Below, piece by piece: positions 57,899 through 64,000 of a stretch of DNA of 64,000 bases. Each line of letters starts with the position of its first letter. The stretch's first letter is position 1. The notes beneath the pieces are model-generated. The model was not told the DNA's origin and ran no database searches. It saw only the letters and a program-made list of their open reading frames with translations. The translations under genes and the position numbers were made by a program. The stretch is from contig OZ024742.1 in NCBI GenBank assembly GCA_964016885.1, forward strand, positions 153,264,001 through 153,328,000. The letters are read 5' to 3'. Origin of the DNA: Eledone cirrhosa (taxonomy: Eukaryota).

Positions 57899-58502
57899 GA
57901 ATACATGGTGGCTGCCAACTCGTTTTCGAGTACGGCCACTACTTTATATCCATGTAGAAGAACCCCTACCGAAGCGCTGAACGAGTGTGACTTTTTAGTC
58001 CAGCCAGCGAATTGAAAACTCTGGTACAAACACTATACTTGTGACAATTATTGACACATATTGCTGGGCCCATGGAACAAGTGCAGAGAGATCACCAGAT
58101 ATAAAGCAATGCCTGTGCCGTGAAGCTTTTATAGTGAGCAAAGGTACTGCACAAATCCAGTCCCACTCTCTTAACCATGATGATATTTACCAAAAAGTAG
58201 AACAAGTCAACATCATTGGATACCATCAGAGTTGCAGGTGTTATATCAGAGTTTTCCTTCTCCTAGAATCCTGCCTTGACAAAGGCTAAGGGGTCATCTC
58301 TCCCGGTTATTTTGGATGGCCATTGACTCTTAAGAACTCCTTTGCCCTTTTGACAGGTTTTGTTTTTAGTCCTGCAGGATGTCCAAAGTCACCTTCCTCA
58401 CCAAGAAACCTTGGTGGGGTTGCCAGTTTAGTCGCCAACGACCCGACCATGAGACAGGTTGTACTGGGATACATGTTACTAGTAGCACCAACTGGTGACC
58501 TG

Positions 58503-58586
<84 letters not shown>

Positions 58587-59352
58587 GTATATATATATAT
58601 ATTTATATATATATATATATTTAAACATTCATATATATGCGTAGAACGCAGAAATTTAATAGACCCTTTCAATTAACATGCAGATGAGGGAGGGTAACGG
58701 TACGAACGTGATTAATATGTTGAAAGTAGGTGATTTCAAGCTAAAGTGAAAAATCAATAGTTAATATTTGATCCTGTTGATGGATACAGTATGCCGTTAA
58801 TCATATTTCTTTCTAGATACAAAAATGTGAGGCCATGCTGAGCCAGCCTCAAAAATGTTAGGAGGTCATTAATTTAGCTTTACTTCTCTGTCCGTTTTTG
58901 ATATATGTCCAGCCGATATCTGGATCTCCAATATCCTACACTCCTCTATATATATAAATGTATATAAACATACATAATATTTCCTAGTTTAGGCACAAAG
59001 GCAACACTTTTTGGGTAGGGAAATGTCGATTAAATCGACACGAGTGCGTCACTAGTTTCTGTATATATTGATCCAAAAGGAGGAAAGGCAATTTAACCTA
59101 GGTGGGATTTGAACATAATGGGCCATAACTGCATGTCACAAAGTATGTTGTTTAACGCTCTACCAATACTGCCAATCCATAGCCCTGATTTAATGGTAGG
59201 TAAAGAAAGTCAAACCTTGACGCCTAGCGCTTTAGGCTTGTATTTGGCTTGAAAAGACTCACCGAATACAAGACCAAACCACCAGGCTTTGGAATCAGGT
59301 CTTTGCCATTCGTTTATTCACTCTGCATATGCCCCGTCATAGCATGGCAGAT

Positions 59353-59388
<36 letters not shown>

Positions 59389-59841
59389 TTCGAGTATATG
59401 TTGGTTAATTACCAGCACTTCAATATTTTTTAATATGCTCAGTGTTGAAGTTTCGTGTTGTTTTCTCAAAACCGACAACTACCCACAACTAACTGTTGTG
59501 TTACCACTTTTACCAAACTCGTCCCATGGAATGAGTGTTCTACCACTACGGATATTACCTTTCAGTATTCTACCTCTCTCTCTCTATATATATATATATA
59601 AGGAAGAAATAAAATGGATGAGAAGACATCACAAACATGAAAATATGGTCTTCAGAGTTCTGTCCTTCGAGGTAATATGCAACGCAATGCCGCTTCCACG
59701 GCATTTTGCTGTATTAACAGCTTCCTTACAACGAATTTTCCCATTTTCCCATTCTCCTATGCATATATATATATATATATAGGTGCAATAACATAACATA
59801 TGTAAATGCAGCTATGTATATATATAAATAAATAAATAAAT

Positions 59842-59947
<106 letters not shown>

Positions 59948-59954
59948 TATATAT

Positions 59955-60518
59955 TATTCGGTAAAGGTAGCCATAGTGAGTAAAGTTAATTTTTTTTAAT
60001 TTATCTTGAAACTTTTTATTATTTGCTAAACCTTGATTATATGTGTTCTGGCTCGTTAATATATTAACCTGCCATTGAACCACATTGGCATATGGTTGTA
60101 AAATACATGTGTCCCTATGCGCTTTGTGCGTGTAGGGATATATACTTTATTATTATTCTCCTCTTAGTCGAGAAAAAAATTTGGTCGTTCTGACTGCTGT
60201 TAGTTCTAGTGGTAGTAGACTGACCTCCCTGCCTTTGCTTCTCTCTTTACATACGGCACTTGAAGGAATTGCTCCCACATCATTTACTCTCATCTCGGGA
60301 ACAATTTTGAATAGCGCTAGGTCGTAATTTGAACTCGGAAATTTTATATTCTCCGAGTGAAAAGATCCTTCTGACGAGAGTTTTTATTTGCAATGGATGC
60401 CGTAAGGACTGTCCATTTATTTTTAAAACTCGAAACCTATTCGCTAAAGGTAACCATAGTGAGTAAAATTACTTTTTTTAAATTTATTTTGAAATTTTTC
60501 TTATTTGCTAAACCTTGA

Positions 60519-60520
<2 letters not shown>
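59955..60520 (+). mobile_element. Retrozyme-like element: 483-nt unit plus ~82-nt terminal redundancy, in (TA)n
   Basis: Direct repeats at 59955-60036 and 60438-60518. A hammerhead spans the start of the second repeat, and there is no ORF. Confidence 0.8.
60367..60450 (+). ncRNA. Type I hammerhead ribozyme with extended stem II
   Basis: CCTT-CTGACGA-GAGTTTT...AAAACTC-GAAA-CC TATTC G(C)TA-AAGG. The upstream repeat retains GGTA, which restores stem III ACC/GGT. Confidence 0.8.
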
Positions 60521-60593
<73 letters not shown>

Positions 60594-60822
60594 AGTGTAT
60601 ATGTATATATATGTATGTATATGCACATACATGAACAAGCACTGTTTTTCTCGGATCACCAGTTAGAAGAGCAGATAGATAATGGAGTCCGGTCCCTAAC
60701 TAGCATGGCTGATTCAAAACCACAATCGATACACAATAAAAATAACTAAATATATGTAAACGAGAGTTCATCGTTATATATCTATATATATCTATCTATA
60801 TCTATATATATATCTATATATA

Positions 60823-60910
<88 letters not shown>

Positions 60911-60958
60911 AACGAGTAAGACCCCGACGGCTGAGCTCAAGCCGTTTCGACGGCTAAT

Positions 60959-61015
<57 letters not shown>

Positions 61016-61611
61016 TTATTTTGTTTGACCTGTTTAGCTTGATTAGCTTAGGTGGTTAATGACTTCTAAACCACTTTTTCAGTTTGTATGGCGTGTTAAC
61101 ATATTTTTTAGCTCTACAATTTCTACGATTTTGCGTTTCGTTTCGCTTTTTCTACCAGCCGAAATACGATTCTCGCTTAATTATATTTGTATATATATAT
61201 ATACTGTTACATTTTAAGCCGCAATTGTAGGTTTCTGTGTGCGGGATTTGAATTGTGTAAGGATATTTTTCTGATATAACGTGCGTTATTTGAAGGGATA
61301 CAATCTGAATTGGAAAGAGCCGCCAGACGTTGCATATACTGCGACAAGCTAGAAGTTTCATCAACGCATCTTTAAGGCTAAGTACCAGGAGTTTCTCATC
61401 ATTTGAATATGTATTGACGGCAACGAGGCAACACAATATATTACACTAAAGCACACATAATAACATTTGATGTAAACTATTAATTAAAAAGAAACTACAA
61501 TTCTATATTTCGTTTCAGAAATTGGAGGACATAATCTATGAAGGCTTTACTAATAGTAAAGAATGTTCGGATCTATTGCAATGCTCGAGATGAGATTATA
61601 CTACTGACAAG

Positions 61612-61992
61612 GTGGATTGGCAGTATCGGTAGAGGGTCTAACGCCATGATGTGCAGCATAGGGCTACAGCCCTTTACGATCTGAGTTTAAATCCCTCCTA
61701 GGATAACTTTGCCTTTCATCCTTGCGGGGTCTATAAAATAAAGCTTCAGTAACGTACTGGGATAATTGTTGGCTTTCTTCCAAAAGTAGAAACAATAATT
61801 TTAAGTCTGATACATTATACAAGGTGCGATGGATTGGCAGTATAGGTAGAGGATCGGTTGCAATGCTTTGCAGCATAGATTTACGGTCCTCTATGGGCTG
61901 AGGTTACCTTTGCCTTTACGGCCTCTATAAAATAAAGTTCCAGTAATAGACTGGTATAATTGTTGGCCTTGCACCAAAAGTAGAAACAATTA
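61612..61992 (+). mobile_element. Two tandem SINE copies (~61612-61798, ~61829-61992)
   Basis: Each begins GGATTGGCAGTAT.GGTAGAGG and ends AAAAGTAGAAACAAT. Confidence 0.85.
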
Positions 61993-62104
61993 TTCTATAT
62001 CTGAACATGGCCCTGTATGCATATGAAAACTTTAATTGACTAATGGTTTCGGCGAAGCTATTATTTAAAACCAAACACAAATGCTTAAAACCGTATTGAT
62101 ACAC

Positions 62105-62169
<65 letters not shown>

Positions 62170-62236
62170 GTAGGGGAGAATGGGGTATGTGGATCTACAG
62201 ACAGACATATACATATATACATATATATACATACAC

Positions 62237-62267
<31 letters not shown>

Positions 62268-62869
62268 CTATAAACTATGCCCATAGAATAATTTCATAAG
62301 ATCCATATCCTCCCCCAATTAGCATAATCAACTATACAAAAAACCAAATAAACCAGGCTATGAGATTAAAAGGCACCTATGAAGAAATAATAGATAAATA
62401 AACGACATCCATCTATTCGCGATCAACAGCTATAGAATATTTACCCATTATTTCAATAGCACGTGGAAATCGATTAAATATATCGTCAACCATACACACT
62501 TGGGTATAACATTAAAGTTAGAAGAACAAATGCATATACAAATACGTTCGCTTTCGTAAATATCCTCTCAAGGATAAATTCTCGAGCTTCGAACTCATCA
62601 GGAAAGAAACTCATTTGGACAAAGATTTTTCTTAAATGATCCCCGCCAGAAACGAATTCAAAATGGCTAAGAACTGTGACGTGGCAGTGGTAAAGTCAGA
62701 AAGAATGTGATTGGTGCCTTACGGCTAGTGGGCTGGTTGCTAGAAAGCGCAGCCTAATATTGCATAAATTGCATCTCAACCTTATGGGAGATTATCAGAT
62801 ATAAATATTTATATATACACAAACTAGACAAAGTCATAGATATGTTTTTGGCAGCCATTCACGATGTGG

Positions 62870-64000
62870 CTCAATGATGGAACACATTCCATTATGATAA
62901 AAACAAATCTAACAATGTTAATAATACTAACAATGTTTGACTCCTTCGGCTTTTAAACCTTTAGAAGCCCCCCTCATAACACACTACTAAACTCATTTGA
63001 AAATGACCTAATAAAACTAGTTAAGAACATTAAATACAATAAGCACCGTAATAGAAACAACACCTTCTTAAACAAACTTAACACATCTATTAATGAATTC
63101 AAAACTAGTAATAACATTATTGTACATGCGTATAAAACTAATAACGTATACAGCCTAGATTATAATACTTATAGAAAGTTTATATATAATGAACTACATA
63201 AAAGCTACAAGAAAACTACTCTGAATAACTTAGAAGATATTAATATAGAGGGATATAATATAGTATCTAAACTAGGACTTCAGAGGCATACACAATCATA
63301 TACCCCAAACCCACCCTAGATTCTCTCTGAAGGACCATAAGAAGGACGTCATTAGGAACCCCTCGATTAGACTTATCTGCCCTTCCAAGTCTGACATTGA
63401 CATTATCACTAAGAAAATTTTAGATAAAATCATCCCACAGATTAAACACAAGATGTACCTTAAACAATGGGGAAATTCGGGTGAAGTTATTGAATGGTTC
63501 AAAGATATCAAGATTAACAAGGACAAAAAATGTATCCAATTTGATATCAATTCATACTACACCTCTATTTCTCCTATCCTATTAAATAAGGCACTAATCA
63601 TGGCCATGAACAATAGCGACCTGACTAGAACCCAGATTGATGTCATTCTTGCGGCCCGTAAAACCGTAATCACCTTTGAAGACCAAGTATGGACCCGCAA
63701 GGATACGCACAACAACTTTTACATAAACATGGGGTCTAGTGACTCGGCGCAGGTCACTGATTTGATCGGCCTATACTTACGTAATGAAATCCATAAGCAC
63801 ATTCCATACCTCAACGGTGGTTTGTACCCCGATGATGCACTTCTACTTTTAGAATTTAAAAAATTCAATATAGAAAGAACTAGAAAACTATTGCACAATA
63901 CATTCAAAAACTATAACCTTAGTATCACCATGGACAAAAGCACTAAAAACGTTAACTTCCTAGACGCCACCCTTTACCTAGACTCAAAGATATATACACC
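62870..64000 (+). pseudogene. Degraded Naiad-type PLE RT running off the window end
   Basis: WNTFHYD..FGF*TFRSPPHNTLLNSFENDL..TYRKFIYNELH..RLICPSKSD..CIQFDINSYYTSISPILLNKAL..MGSSDSAQVTDLIGLYL..GGLYPDD..VNFLD, collinear with the 14520 ORF. It contains stops and frameshifts. Confidence 0.92.

Noticed and set aside
60909-60963. 55-bp GC-rich insert between TA runs with hairpin GCCGTTTCGACGGC
   Set aside because: Probably another element tip, but too short and lacking ribozyme boxes to classify.
62540-62615. Minus-strand CTGATGA...GAAA as a functional hammerhead
   Set aside because: No consistent stem III/UH site or adjacent stem I; kept only as a weak hint of an inverted arm.

Overview
AT-rich eukaryotic DNA packed with microsatellites. 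It is probably from an octopod cephalopod, inferred from a recurrent tRNA-derived SINE resembling octopus SINEs. No host protein-coding exon is recognisable, and almost all ORF-track entries are microsatellite artefacts. The window is dominated by retroelements. The largest is a near-complete Naiad-type Penelope-like element (PLE; RT plus C-terminal GIY-YIG, ~11438-19171) with a 2.5-kb inverted 5' arm and three hammerhead ribozymes (HHRs). Three older Naiad relics, a degraded Gypsy element, a non-autonomous LTR element with a tRNA-Trp PBS, R4/Dong-, RTE-, CRE- and HERO-like LINE relics, a Tc1/mariner MITE, a Helitron end and many SINEs are also present. The most unusual signal is a set of mutually unrelated, non-coding 80-850 bp mini-elements in or beside (TA)n tracts. 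They are fold-back or terminally redundant, and most carry an intact or decayed type I hammerhead core. This suggests a retrozyme-like or viroid-like system of ribozyme RNAs mobilised in trans by the Naiad enzyme. All structures and alignments were read by eye; boundaries are approximate unless anchored by a quoted motif.
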